Source: Chiloscyllium plagiosum (taxonomy: Eukaryota). From it: 64,000 bases of DNA. This document shows positions 1 to 10,617 of the stretch, in pieces. Both the position numbers and the translations under genes were made by a program. How positions within the stretch are numbered: position 1 is the first letter of the stretch; each line of letters starts with the position of its first letter. The notes below the pieces were generated by a model. That model saw nothing but the letters and a program-made list of their open reading frames with translations, was not told the DNA's origin and searched no databases. Where the stretch lies: positions 29,116,822-29,180,821 of the forward strand of contig NC_057719.1 of assembly GCF_004010195.1 (NCBI RefSeq), read 5' to 3'.

Positions 1-1680
1 ACTGTATTGGTGGTGATATTGATCAGTTTACTCCTGTATGTGGGGGAGGGTGAGGGGAGATGTGACAAATGTCGAACTACAGTAAGACTTGGGATTCGAA
101 TCTATTCGGGATCATTTGTGTCCCATTCCTATGTGGACGATAGGTGTTACGATGTGAGTGCACGCCATGAATGTTGGGAGGATGGGAGACCCTATTATCA
201 GATATATAATAAAGGATGCGGTGGCAAAATCCATGGATGCCCTATAAATGACCGCTGGGTGTGTATTAGCAAAACTGGGAGGTGGGACCTATCCTCCGTG
301 TTGCTCAGGGAGCAGGTTGTCAGAGTCAAGGAGACCAAGATACAGATCCCTGATCGGGGGTTGGGGAAAGAGCAAGACCGTCAGGGAACGGTCGTGCTCC
401 CTAAAGTGCCATCTGTATACGAAGAGGTAGAAGGACAGATTGAACTCCCTGATGTTACACAAAACCTGTTTATTGATCTCACCTCTAGAATAGCCACTGT
501 TTTAAATGTTAGCAATTGCTGGGTCTGTGGGGGGCCGCATATGTCGGAACAATGGCCGTGGACTGGTCAAAGCTTAGACATAGGGGAATTGCTGCAAACC
601 ACTTGGACTCATGACAACGACAGAAAAAGCCAGGGGTGGAGACTGACAAACAGCCCTGGGGGCCAGTTCTGTATTGAAGGCAAGGGGACCGTGAAGGTAG
701 GGATTAGCCCCTGTCAGAATATATTGGATGCAACCACGCGAGTATGGTGGCCTGAGAATATTGCTTGGTACATTGCACACCGAGGTCATCAAAATTGCAT
801 TCGGTTACGCTCTGGTTCCTCCTCTTACGAGCTAAGTGCTGAGCCTTCCGATGGCATGAAAAGAGTGTGGAGTGGTGGTTGTCAGGGGAATCAATGCTGG
901 AATAATCCTGTCCAGACTCTGCCACGGGGTCAACAATCCGAATACTGGAATTGCAGTGGTCCTGGTCCTTATGAGGGCGTCCCTGGGGTAAAGGAGTTGT
1001 GGGATGACGTTGTGAGGCAGGGAGGGCCTGCTCCAGATGGCCTATTTTGGATATGCGGTAATCAGGCATATTCCAAACTGCCCATGGGATGGGCTGGGGT
1101 ATGCTTCCTGGGTCTAATACGACCTGAATTCTTCCTATTACCCCGGGAGGAAGGCGATGATTTGGGAGTTAAACTCTTTGACTCCCTGCGTAGGTCGCCA
1201 GGGGATATCCAAGTCGGTGATTGGGGGGATGAGTGGCCACCGGCCCGTATTATTGAATACTACGGGCCTGCTACGTGGGCACAGGATGGATCATGGGGAT
1301 ACCGTACTCCTATCTATATGTTAAATCGAATTATCAGGCTCCAAGCAGTCGTAGAGGTCATTACTAATCAGACCGCCCTGGCCCTGGAGTTGCTGGCTAA
1401 GCAGCAGGATCAGATGAGGGCTGCTATATACCAAAACCGGCTTGCCTTGGATTATCTGTTGGCCTCGGAAGGGGGCGTGTGCGGGAAGTTTAACCTGACT
1501 AACTGCTGTCTGAAAATTGACGATAATGGTAAAGCGGTTTTGAAGATTTCCGATGAAATTCGGAAACTGGCCCATGTGCCGGTTCAATCCTGGTGCCCTC
1601 TTGGTGGCATCGGATGGTGGGATGGTCTCCTAGGTGGTAGTTGGTGGCGCACGGCGTTACTGGTGGCTGGGGGGGCGTAA
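1..1680 (+). CDS. env: Endogenous retrovirus envelope glycoprotein, gamma-type, ERV3/HERV-R-like (5' partial; stops prematurely inside the TM anchor)
   Basis: Frame is open from base 1. Hydrophobic signal-like N-terminus (VLVVILISLLL), SU CWVC motif (517-528), ISD YQNRLALDYLLASEGGVC (1429-1482), CGKFNLTNCC. The blocks NLFIDLTSRIA...CWVCGG...EQWPW and EWPPARIIEYYGPATWAQDGSWGYRTPIYMLNRIIRLQAV closely resemble ERV3-type Env as recalled. Confidence 0.93.
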   Translation, partial: TVLVVILISLLLYVGEGEGRCDKCRTTVRLGIRIYSGSFVSHSYVDDRCYDVSARHECWEDGRPYYQIYNKGCGGKIHGCPINDRWVCISKTGRWDLSSVLLREQVVRVKETKIQIPDRGLGKEQDRQGTVVLPKVPSVYEEVEGQIELPDVTQNLFIDLTSRIATVLNVSNCWVCGGPHMSEQWPWTGQSLDIGELLQTTWTHDNDRKSQGWRLTNSPGGQFCIEGKGTVKVGISPCQNILDATTRVWWPENIAWYIAHRGHQNCIRLRSGSSSYELSAEPSDGMKRVWSGGCQGNQCWNNPVQTLPRGQQSEYWNCSGPGPYEGVPGVKELWDDVVRQGGPAPDGLFWICGNQAYSKLPMGWAGVCFLGLIRPEFFLLPREEGDDLGVKLFDSLRRSPGDIQVGDWGDEWPPARIIEYYGPATWAQDGSWGYRTPIYMLNRIIRLQAVVEVITNQTALALELLAKQQDQMRAAIYQNRLALDYLLASEGGVCGKFNLTNCCLKIDDNGKAVLKISDEIRKLAHVPVQSWCPLGGIGWWDGLLGGSWWRTALLVAGGA

Positions 1681-1835
1681 TGCTTCTACTCATCTTACCC
1701 TGCCTGATCCCCTGTGTTCAATCTTTAATCCAGAAAAATATTTCCCAACTCCAGGCAGTGGCGGTACCCCAACATGGAACGCAGGAACTTAAGGTGCTGT
1801 TGCTTCGAAAGACCAAGGATTTCCCGGGCACCTGA
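1676..1835 (+). CDS. env: Frameshifted remainder of Env: second half of TM helix plus cytoplasmic tail (VMLLLILPCLIPCVQSLIQ...DFPGT*)
   Basis: Lies in a different frame from 7..1680. Adding one G to the G7 run at 1669-1675 gives a continuous TALLVAGGGVMLLLILPCLIPC helix that ends at TGA 1833-1835, just before the PPT. Confidence 0.85.
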
Positions 1836-1868
1836 TGGGAGGATGCTTATCTTTGTCATGCACATCTT

Positions 1869-1887
1869 AAAAACAGAAAGGGTGGAA
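1869..1887 (+). promoter_or_regulatory. Polypurine tract of the provirus
   Basis: AAAAACAGAAAGGGTGGAA lies immediately before the LTR-initiating TG. Confidence 0.85.
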
Positions 1888-1888
1888 T

Positions 1889-2320
1889 TGTGAGAGACGA
1901 TTTCGGTACAAATAGTTAAGATGTGCATGACCTCAGAGTCTAAGGGGAATAGAGCCGTGGGGGTAGGGTAAAACATGCTTCTCTATAATAAAGGACGAGA
2001 CATCTGCTGCTACAGAGTAGAAAAACAAGTCCTTGATTGATAAGACCACTAACTCTGACAGAGAAGAATAAGTCCTTGACTGATAAGACTACAGGGTAGA
2101 AAAACAACTCGGGAAACTGTTGCAGACTTTGTGAGAATGTGAACCTCGTGACTCTTTAGAGCTATAGAGGGGAGGGACTTGTACTGTATTTAATCAGGAA
2201 CATTGTTAGCCTGGCGCGCTTTTTTTTCAAGGGTGCCCAACTCTGCAGACTTGTTAATAAAACTTTGTTTTCCTGAATTTGTCCAGAGCAATTATTGAGA
2301 AGAGATTTTCGTTTCTAACA
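1889..2320 (+). mobile_element. ERV 3' LTR (432 bp)
   Basis: TG...CA ends with a 10/12 inverted repeat (TGTGAGAGACGA / TCGTTTCTAACA). U3 direct repeats at about 2010-2110, TATTTAA at 2187-2193, AATAAA at 2256-2261. Confidence 0.9.
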
Positions 2321-3084
2321 GATGTAATGGAAAACATGGAGGAAATATAAATGTTGACCTCTCTGCATAATAGCCCTGTCAGTTCTTCAGAGCATCTTCT
2401 GTCATTCACTCTTTCATCTCAAGTACCACTAGTGACATGTATCTACCTGAAGGAATTTTTTGACGTATGCATCAGTGGATACACAGCTTACGAAAAGGAA
2501 AAACATTGTTGACTTGAAAAGGTGCCAATGGCTTTAAGCCTTAAACCAGCAAAATCAACATCCAAACTCATACACAAAAGTAATGTGTGAAATTGGTCCT
2601 CAAGTATTCATCAGGATGCAATCAGCATACGAATGGGTGGGAGTTTGCCAATTCTGCCCAAGAGGCAATATGTTGGTTGTGAAGTATTCAAAATATTGTG
2701 ATAGTCATGTTGGCTGTAGCTCTTCTGGAGGAGACTAGATTACAAACCAAATATTTCATGTTGAACCTTATGTGTGTTTTATCCCTCCACAACCTTCCCA
2801 CCATCTGCCAAAATCAGGCACCATATGCCTCAATTTTTGGCCAACATGTAGATTTTGTGATGAATGCACCAAATTAAGGCACATCATTCTTTCTGTTAAT
2901 TAATTTGAGTCATTGTTGTCTAGTATGTGTTTTGACTGCAAGGAGCCAATATTATCATTAATATGCATCTATGTTTTTATTTTTATGTTTCTGTGTTTAA
3001 GAGGCTCCTGGCATCCCCTAAGACTGCATGTGATTAAAGTTTTCATTTTCATTTTGTGCATTGTGAAACTTCTTTTAATTCATT

Positions 3085-3556
3085 TGTGGGGCGAGGACAT
3101 CACTGGCTGGCCAGCCAGCATTTATTGCCTGTCTCTAGTTGCCCTTGATAAGTAGTGGTGAACTGCCTTCTTATAGCACTGCAATCCTTGTGCTGTAGTC
3201 AGATCCACAATGCCCTTAGCGAGGTAAATCCAGAATTTTGACCGAACAACAGTGAAAGCACGTGGATAACTTGCAGGTGTTAGTGTACCTCTGTATCCAC
3301 TGCCCTTGTCTGTCTAAATGTATATGATCGTGCACTTGGAATGAGCTGTCTAAAGTTCTTTGGTGAATTTCTGCAGTGCATATAGTGGGTAGTACACACT
3401 GCTGCTACTGCGTGTCAGTAGTGGAGGGAGTAGCTATTTGTGGATTTGGTGTCGAAGAAGCAGGCTGTTTTGTCCTGGATGGTGTCAAGCTTCTTGAGTG
3501 TTGTTTGAAGCTGCACTTATTTAGGCAGATGGTGAGTATTCCGTCACACTCTGACT
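3085..3556 (-). mobile_element. Old CR1/L2-clade LINE 3' fragment
   Basis: Reverse complement of the ...CAAGGGCAA...CAATAAATGCTGGC...CCAG tail also seen on + at about 23340-23430. Confidence 0.6.
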
Positions 3557-4299
3557 TAATACTACTTTTTGCTTTCTTTCTCCTCTTTCTCTCCATTTTT
3601 ACTGTCTTAACTCTTGCAATATTACATACAAATTTAAATTTGGGAGGGGGAAAACCTTTGCCTCTTCAGGCTATTCAATAAGAGCATAGCTGATCTGATT
3701 GCTCCACATTCCTCCCAAATGATCTTTCATCCCCTTATCAAGAATCTCTCTACCTTTACCTTAAAAATTTTCAAAGCCTTCATCTGTCTGTTGAGAGAGT
3801 TTCGAAAACCTACCACCCTCAGTGAGAGAAAAAGATTCTTCTCATCTCTGCCTTAAAACTGTGACTCCTTTCTTTTAAACAACAGTTGTAATAATTTGGT
3901 CTATTCTCTTTTCTAGTAGTGAAGATGCCCCTGATGCTAATCACAATTACTTTGACAGTGATGCCACACATGCATTTTGTCATCACCTTGTAGACCAATA
4001 TTGATACAGCCTAGAATCAAATTACTATGTTTAGTAATAGCAATACTGCAATTCCTTGATGGTGCATTTTAATGGGAAGTATTAAATCATTCTTTAAAGG
4101 ATGCTATATCTCTAGTAAAACAAATTGAGAATTTTTTTTAATAAATTAGTCATTATTTTGTACTCTAGTACGGCACTGAAAGAGAAATTTGCAGACTGTC
4201 ATTCTTTACATGTTTAAAACGTTGTCATCCTATTGAATACGCTCAGAAATTCCCAGTGTTAACTTCCCTTGAAGAAGTATGTCCTGTTGACAATGGAGA

Positions 4300-4466
4300 G
4301 GACAGGCAAGGCCACATGGTAGGCACGCGGCGGTTTGAATTCAGCTCGCGTGCCTCTGCACGTGCCGCTGTTTAACGGCTTCGAATAGCGCGAGACGACG
4401 TATCCTATCTGTCTGCCCGTGCACAACCCTCGAGAAGCTTCCATCGATTCACAAGGAAGGCTGAAA
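4300..4466 (+). promoter_or_regulatory. CpG-rich promoter and probable non-coding exon 1 of C14orf39/SIX6OS1
   Basis: Only non-repeat CpG-dense patch in the window. CHR TTTGAA 4334-4339, E-box CACGTG 4359-4364, MYB-type TAACGG 4373-4378, E2F-like GCGCGAGA 4388-4395, donor AAA|GTGAGT at 4466/4467. The ATG exon at 16676 has an acceptor, so an upstream UTR exon is needed. Confidence 0.65.
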
Positions 4467-5284
4467 GTGAGTCTGGTTGACAACAATTGCAATCAGTTAA
4501 TTTTTCCCCACTGTACGGAGAGAACGTGTGTATGTGTACTTTCCACCTCCACGATGTTGCAAGTATCTTAAGGGATTTGTAAACAGATTCATGGAAAGCA
4601 ATTGCTCTTCAACGCCAGTTCAAACGAGCTATTCGATTAATCTCCAGTGTTGCAAATGGGTTATTTCGCACCTCGAGAGTGCATTCCAATATGTAGCAGG
4701 GTGCAAGAAAGCTAAATCGTACTGCTTAGTGAAATCATTATCGACGATAACTGTACTTATGAAATATGGCACGGACAACATTGATGACATTCCGGAAAGC
4801 GCACTGAGAACTCTGAGCCTGCGCTTGTTGCTTCTCATTGAAAAAAAATTGTTCTGTCCGTAAATGATGTTGAGATCAATTGTATTGAATAACCTCTCAC
4901 ATATCGGTTAACTGTCAAGTCTGGGAAGGCCAAGTCATTGTCATTTTTTTAAATTTTTAAACGTGTCAAGGGGTATGGAAGAAAATGGGAAAATGTCATT
5001 AAGATATATAAGCTGTGATAGTGGAGTAGGTTCAAAGGATCGAATGGCTTATTCCAGCTTATAAAGTCTGTGTTTCCATCATTGTGACCTGCCCCGCGAT
5101 TAAACAAACCTACAGTTTTAGACAGAAAAAGTATTTCTTGATCCAATTATATTTGATATCGTTATTGAACTTTTAATTCTGCTTAAACTTATAAATCAAT
5201 TACAGTCACCCATTAAACATTCATAGAAATTCCGTGCCTTTCTTGCATGCCTTTTCCCCGATTTTTAAAAAACTTATTTCAAGG

Positions 5285-5570
5285 GAAAGGGCATCAATGG
5301 CTGGGCCAGCATTTATTGTTTATGCCTGAACACTCAAACAGCAATTAAAAGTAAACTACATTGGATATACATGTAGAATATTAGTGAATCAGATCAGTTT
5401 TTAATGACAATCAACAGTGATTACATAGTCACCATTACACCAGCTTTTTAAAAAGTTGAATTCAATATTCATCATCTGCTGTGATGTGAATCAACCCCAT
5501 GTCCCCAAGACATTAGTCTAGGGTTCTGGATCAATAGTTCAGTGACATCACCAATACACCAACAGCTCCC
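5285..5570 (-). mobile_element. Degenerate tRNA-derived SINE (Deu/SacSINE1-like)
   Basis: Same LINE-derived tail and body as the better-preserved copy at about 54570-54910. Confidence 0.5.
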
Positions 5571-7468
5571 ATAGGCTGTGCTGATGTGGATCAGTGGGTA
5601 TTCAGTGGATAATTACATGTAGTTTTGTTGTGGAAAGTTTAGCTTTTACACACAGTCCTCTGCAAACCACCACCTGAAATGTTACATTTCCCAAAATGCT
5701 TTTAGCAGAGATTTTACATTTACGGTAATATGCAGTTTGGAACTCAATAATATTTTTCTCCTTTGACCATAAGACCATAAAAAGTAGGAACAACAGTAGG
5801 CTGTTTGAGCCTCAAGCATGCACCATCACTCAATAGGATTATGGCTGATTCTTTGCTATTCCTCCATTAGAGGCTGATTTTTGTTCAAATTGGATCCCTT
5901 TCTCTTCCACTGTCCAACAAGATGTCTCAGCAATGTCGTTTTGCTAAATATATATTTATAACATTGTGGTGAATCTTATCTCTTTCTGGACTAGCATAGT
6001 CGAATCTGAAGCTAGATTTAACACAGATCTTCAGAGGCTGCTTTTTCTTATTGCTACTATGTGGTAACTGACTTACAGACTAACTAACATGGCCACTGCA
6101 TCACATGATATTAAATCATTTCCTGTGATTACATAATGTAATTAAACAAGCATTTTTCACATATTTTTGTATTTTCTAGTACACTATCAACAATGAGAAT
6201 GCTCTATTGCCATTCAATTTCCATTTATCATTTCTGTTATTATTGAATCCAAAATTGCTCTCTTCCTGAATTGGTGGCAGTTTTTTCACGTGAATAACTG
6301 AAATGTAATGGGGTACTCCAAGATAAATCAGTTGTTGCTTTCCCCTTCTTCACTTATTTCTTCCCTACGTATCTCTCTGATCTCAGTGTCCTCTGTTTCC
6401 ATCTCCACCATTCATCTTCACCTTCGGTCTGCTCTGTAGCTTCTTATCATCTGTGTTCTGCCAATCCTGTTCCTTCAATTCGTTTCTCAACCCTTTCTTC
6501 CACTCCTCACCAGCTCTCATTTTGCCATCTTTCCACAATCTTTTCCCTATTTTTCTCTATTTCCCTTTGTCAAAAGAAAAAGATATTAAGATGAATTAAC
6601 AATTTGGTCAAATAGATGGCTTCAATGAGAATTTTAGTGGAATGGGGAGAGGAGACAATTTGAAATGTTCCCACATTATGTTAAAAGTATAGATCTGAGA
6701 CAGCCCAGCAAATCCTTCGTGGACTCAATCTGTAAGCCTATCTTGGTTCTTCCAGGAGATCACACTCTTTAGTAGCCTGGAATAAAAAAACTCTTAGTTT
6801 AGTTTACTTTTAGTCATCCCCTTTTTTGATAATAGCATCACTGTTACAACATTACACTGATACCTATAAGCCGAGCTAACTAGTTCTGCATGCTCTGAAC
6901 TAGACAGACAACAGTGAAGGACAATAATTTGGGAGAGAAGTTAATTGATGCAGAGTTTCGTTTTGAGGTCAGAATCAAACACTGATATTAATTTCACAAG
7001 GGAACATCCGTGAATGTTATCACTCGGTGTCCTGCTTATACAGATTCACTGATGTTAAGACAAATGTTCTTAATTGCCTTACCCTCCCTGCCTGTCCATT
7101 TTCTAGAGTGCAGCAAATGTGTTCTATAATTCAACATTACATTTTAGTCTAAATGTTTAAAGGCATGTTTTAAGGTTATAGACTTTCTCAATTATACTCC
7201 TTTTGCGACATCTTTGCCCATTTACTTAATCTATCAATATCTTTTTGTAACGTCCTGGAGTCCTGTTCACAACTAATTTTTCCATTTATCTCTGTGTCAC
7301 CAGCAAATTTGGCAACCACACTTCCAATTCCTTTTTCAAAGTCATTTATATAAATTGTAAACAGTTGAGGTATCAGTACTGATTCCTGTGCTCAGCATTT
7401 GTTACATCTCATCAATCAGAAAATGATCTATTTATGTCTGCTCTTTATGGCTAGCTCATCTTTTTGTC

Positions 7469-7691
7469 TGTCAAAGAGTGCGGTGCTGGAAAAGCACAGC
7501 TGGTCAGGTAGCATCCGAGGAGCAGGCGAGTCGACGTTTTGAGCATAAGCTCTTCATCAGGAAGATGCTCGAAGATATTTATGCTTCAGACTTCAACTCT
7601 CCTGTTCTCTGGATGCTGTCTGACCGGCTGTGCTTTTCGAGCACCACGCTCTTTGACTCTGATCTCCAGCATCTGCAGTCCTCATTTTCTC
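7469..7691. mobile_element. Fold-back Penelope (Neptune-type) pLTR mini-insertion
   Basis: Inverted arms GTCAAAGAGTGCGGTGCTGGAAAAGCACAGC / GCTGTGCTTTTCGAGCACCACGCTCTTTGAC. Approximate TSD CTCAT(C)TTTTTGTC at 7455-7468 and 7692-7704. Confidence 0.8.
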
Positions 7692-8152
7692 CTCATTTTT
7701 TGTCGATGCTAATATGTTAGCCCATAAGCTATTATCTTCCACAATAACCTTTGATATGGAATTTGTTAATATGCCTTCTAATATATTTCCAATGACAGAT
7801 GTTAAGCTAACTGGCTCGTCATTTCCTTTTCTTTAAGTCTCCCTACCTTTTTGCTTCTTTCCAATCTTATGAATCCCACCTAAATTTAGAGAATTTTGGA
7901 AAATTTAAACCAACTCAACAACTATCTCACTCATCAATTCTTTTATAAGACTGTAGCATATTGTCCATCAGATTCCAGGCACTTGTCAGCCCACAACTCC
8001 AAAAATATGTTCAGTAGCACTTCACTGATAATTGTGATATTTCTGAGTTCATTTCTTTCTTCCATTTCTCAATTTGTCACTACATCTGGGATGATATTTG
8101 TCATTTCTATTATAAAGACTGATGGCCTGCTTCAACATTTTTATATTTATAA

Positions 8153-8430
8153 GGGTGGCGTGGTGGTTAGCACTCCTGCCTCACAGTGCCAGGGTCCTGG
8201 GTTTGATTCTAGCCAAGGGTGACTGTCTTGTGGAGTTTGCATGTTCTCTGTGTCTGTGTGGCTTTCCTCCAACAGTCCACACATGTGCAAGTTAGGAGGA
8301 TTGGCGATACCAAATTGACCACAGTGTGCAGGCTAGGTGGATTAGTCATGGGAAATAAAGAAGTGGGATGCTCTTCAGGGGATCAGTATGGGCTAAATGG
8401 CCTGCTTCCACACTATAGGGATTCTATGAT
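8153..8430 (+). mobile_element. HE1 V-SINE, older copy
   Basis: tRNA-like head GTGGTTAGCACT...GGGTTTGATTC, V-domain TGTGGAGTTTGCATGTTCTC, GGGATTCTATGA tail. Confidence 0.8.
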
Positions 8431-10425
8431 ATTCTGCCAAATCTTTTGACCTGCCATCTGTCTTTGCTCAATTGTATACTTTTTCCTTAAGTTCGATAAC
8501 ATTGCTAATTAACCATGGATGATTGGTCCATCCCGGGAAATTTTTCTTATTCACTGCAATGTATCTATTTTATATATTCTAAAATATTCCCTTAAATGTC
8601 TATAGCTGAATCTCTATTGACCTATGCTCTAACCAGTTCTGGTGAGAAGACTCAAAGCATTAACTCTGTTTTCCTCCTATAGATGCTGCCAGATCTATTG
8701 AATTTCATGAGCAATTTCTGTTTCTATTATGCTGTAACTTAATTTGTCAGTTTACTTCAGCCAAGTCTGCTTTCATGTCTCATAGCTACCCTTATTTAAA
8801 TTAAAAAATATAGTCTCAGGCCCACTCCACTCTCCCTCAACTGAATGCAAAACTCATCCATATTATAGTTGTTGCCCTCACTAAGAGGTAATTAACGAAT
8901 TTCATGCAATTACGAAATACCAGTTCTGGTCTAGCCTGCTGTCTATCAGGCCCCAGAACATGTTGGCCTGATAAACTATCCTGAAAACATTCTGCGAACT
9001 CCTCATCTATGCAGATCCCCTGAAGGTTCAAATAGATCAGGTCAAGTGTTGACTGAGATCTAGTGATACGCATTGAACTTTGTATTTAAGAGTTGACTTT
9101 TACTTCCCCTCTCCCTATCTCTCCCTCACCTTTGATGGTCTACCCTTAATGGGCTTTGCATGAAAATTGATGAATTAATGAAAACATGGGTGATTTACTG
9201 ATGGTGGTTATTAGATGAGAAAAAAATATCATGAATGATTTGGTGAGGGGCAAAAAGAGAAGTACAGTAATATACAAGACAATTCTGGATGTAAAAAAAT
9301 GGTGAGTTCACCTCCACCTCTCCCTCACCTTTAATGGTCTACATTACACTTCACAAGCTTTGTGTGTAAATTAATCAATTGGTGATCATTAATTAGTTAC
9401 GAGTGAACAAAGAACAATACAGCACAGGAACAGGCCCGCTGACCCTCAAAGCCTGCAACGAACACATTTTGCCCTTCCACACTAAAACTGTCTTCACTTA
9501 CAGGATTCTGTATCCCTCTATTCCCTTCCTATTCTTGTATTCGTTCAGGTGCTTCTTGAATGCTGCTATTGTGAAAGAACAAAGTTAATAGGTGAGAAAA
9601 TACCATGGGTCACTGGATGAGGAATAAACCAAAATTCAACTTGTAACAGCACTTCTGCAAATAAACAAGGGAAAAAAAAGAACTGAGCATATGGTGAAAG
9701 GGTAGTGCTCCACAGGCAGATCATTGCAACTCTGAAAAAGTTGCTTTAAAAGAAAATTGCATGAGCTGAACTTTGTGGCTACTCAGGAATTAAAAAGAAA
9801 GTGCTGAGTTCATATTTATAAGTGATGCTAATAGCATGGGTTCAATTCATGCGCTGACCGAGGTTACCATAAATAACTGTTTCTCAACTTCTCATAAGAC
9901 AACTCACTCATTCCTTGTATAAATTTAGTAAATCTACTCTGAACTGCGGCCAATGGGTTTATGTTTTTCCTTCTGAAGGGGGGAGGGTGAGCAGCCAGAA
10001 GATGTGGTCCACATTAAGGTGTGGTGACCATCAGGCTAAACCACAACCAGCTGTCTCTCTCTCTCTTTCTCTCTCTCATGAGAGAAAGGGAAAGAGAGAG
10101 AGAGAAGCCCTAAAGCTTGGGTAGGGCTATGGTGATTTTAATGCAAAACCAAGCAGCTTTTCCCACTACCAAATCACCCAGAGGATGGAATTCACTACCA
10201 CAGAAAGTTGTTGAGGCCAAAATGTTATATTTTCTAGAAGAAGGTAGACATAGCTGTTGTGGCTAAAGGGATCAAGGGATATGAGGATGCATTGTTATAT
10301 GTGTTAATCCAATCTCTAAGCTCATCTGCCTTAACTATCATGCTTCTCGCATTAAAACAAATACTCTTCAGAATGCCAGTCCAACTGTGTTCAGTAATCT
10401 CCTCTTGTCTGTTCTTCCTGTTATT

Positions 10426-10617
10426 GTTGTGCTGGAAAAGCACAGCAGGTCAGGCAACATCTGAGGAGCAGGACAGTCGATGTTTCGGGCATAAGCCCTT
10501 CATCAGGAACAGGAAACATCGAATCTCCTGCTCCTCGGATGCTGCTTGACCTGCTGTGCTTTTCTAGCACCACACTCTCGACTTTGATCTCTAGCATCTG
10601 CAGTCCTCACTTTCTCC
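10426..10617. mobile_element. Fold-back Penelope pLTR mini-insertion with perfect 17-bp TSD
   Basis: CTGTTCTTCCTGTTATT at 10409-10425 and 10618-10634. Inverted arms. Hammerhead core on the - strand at about 10476-10509. Confidence 0.88.

Larger units (their letters stand above)
7060..9020 (-). mobile_element. Old fragmented CR1 LINE (ORF2 remnants) carrying nested insertions
   Basis: Antisense KFAGDT-like and endonuclease-like remnants, many stops. Confidence 0.55.

Noticed and set aside
1..1680. Calling the env a domesticated syncytin
   Set aside because: It is still in a proviral context with an intact LTR, lacks a furin site and full anchor, and there is no expression or orthology evidence here.
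4528..4863. 111-aa (+) and 69-aa (-) ORFs next to the promoter
   Set aside because: No recognisable motif or compatible splice sites; probably the CpG-rich start of intron 1.
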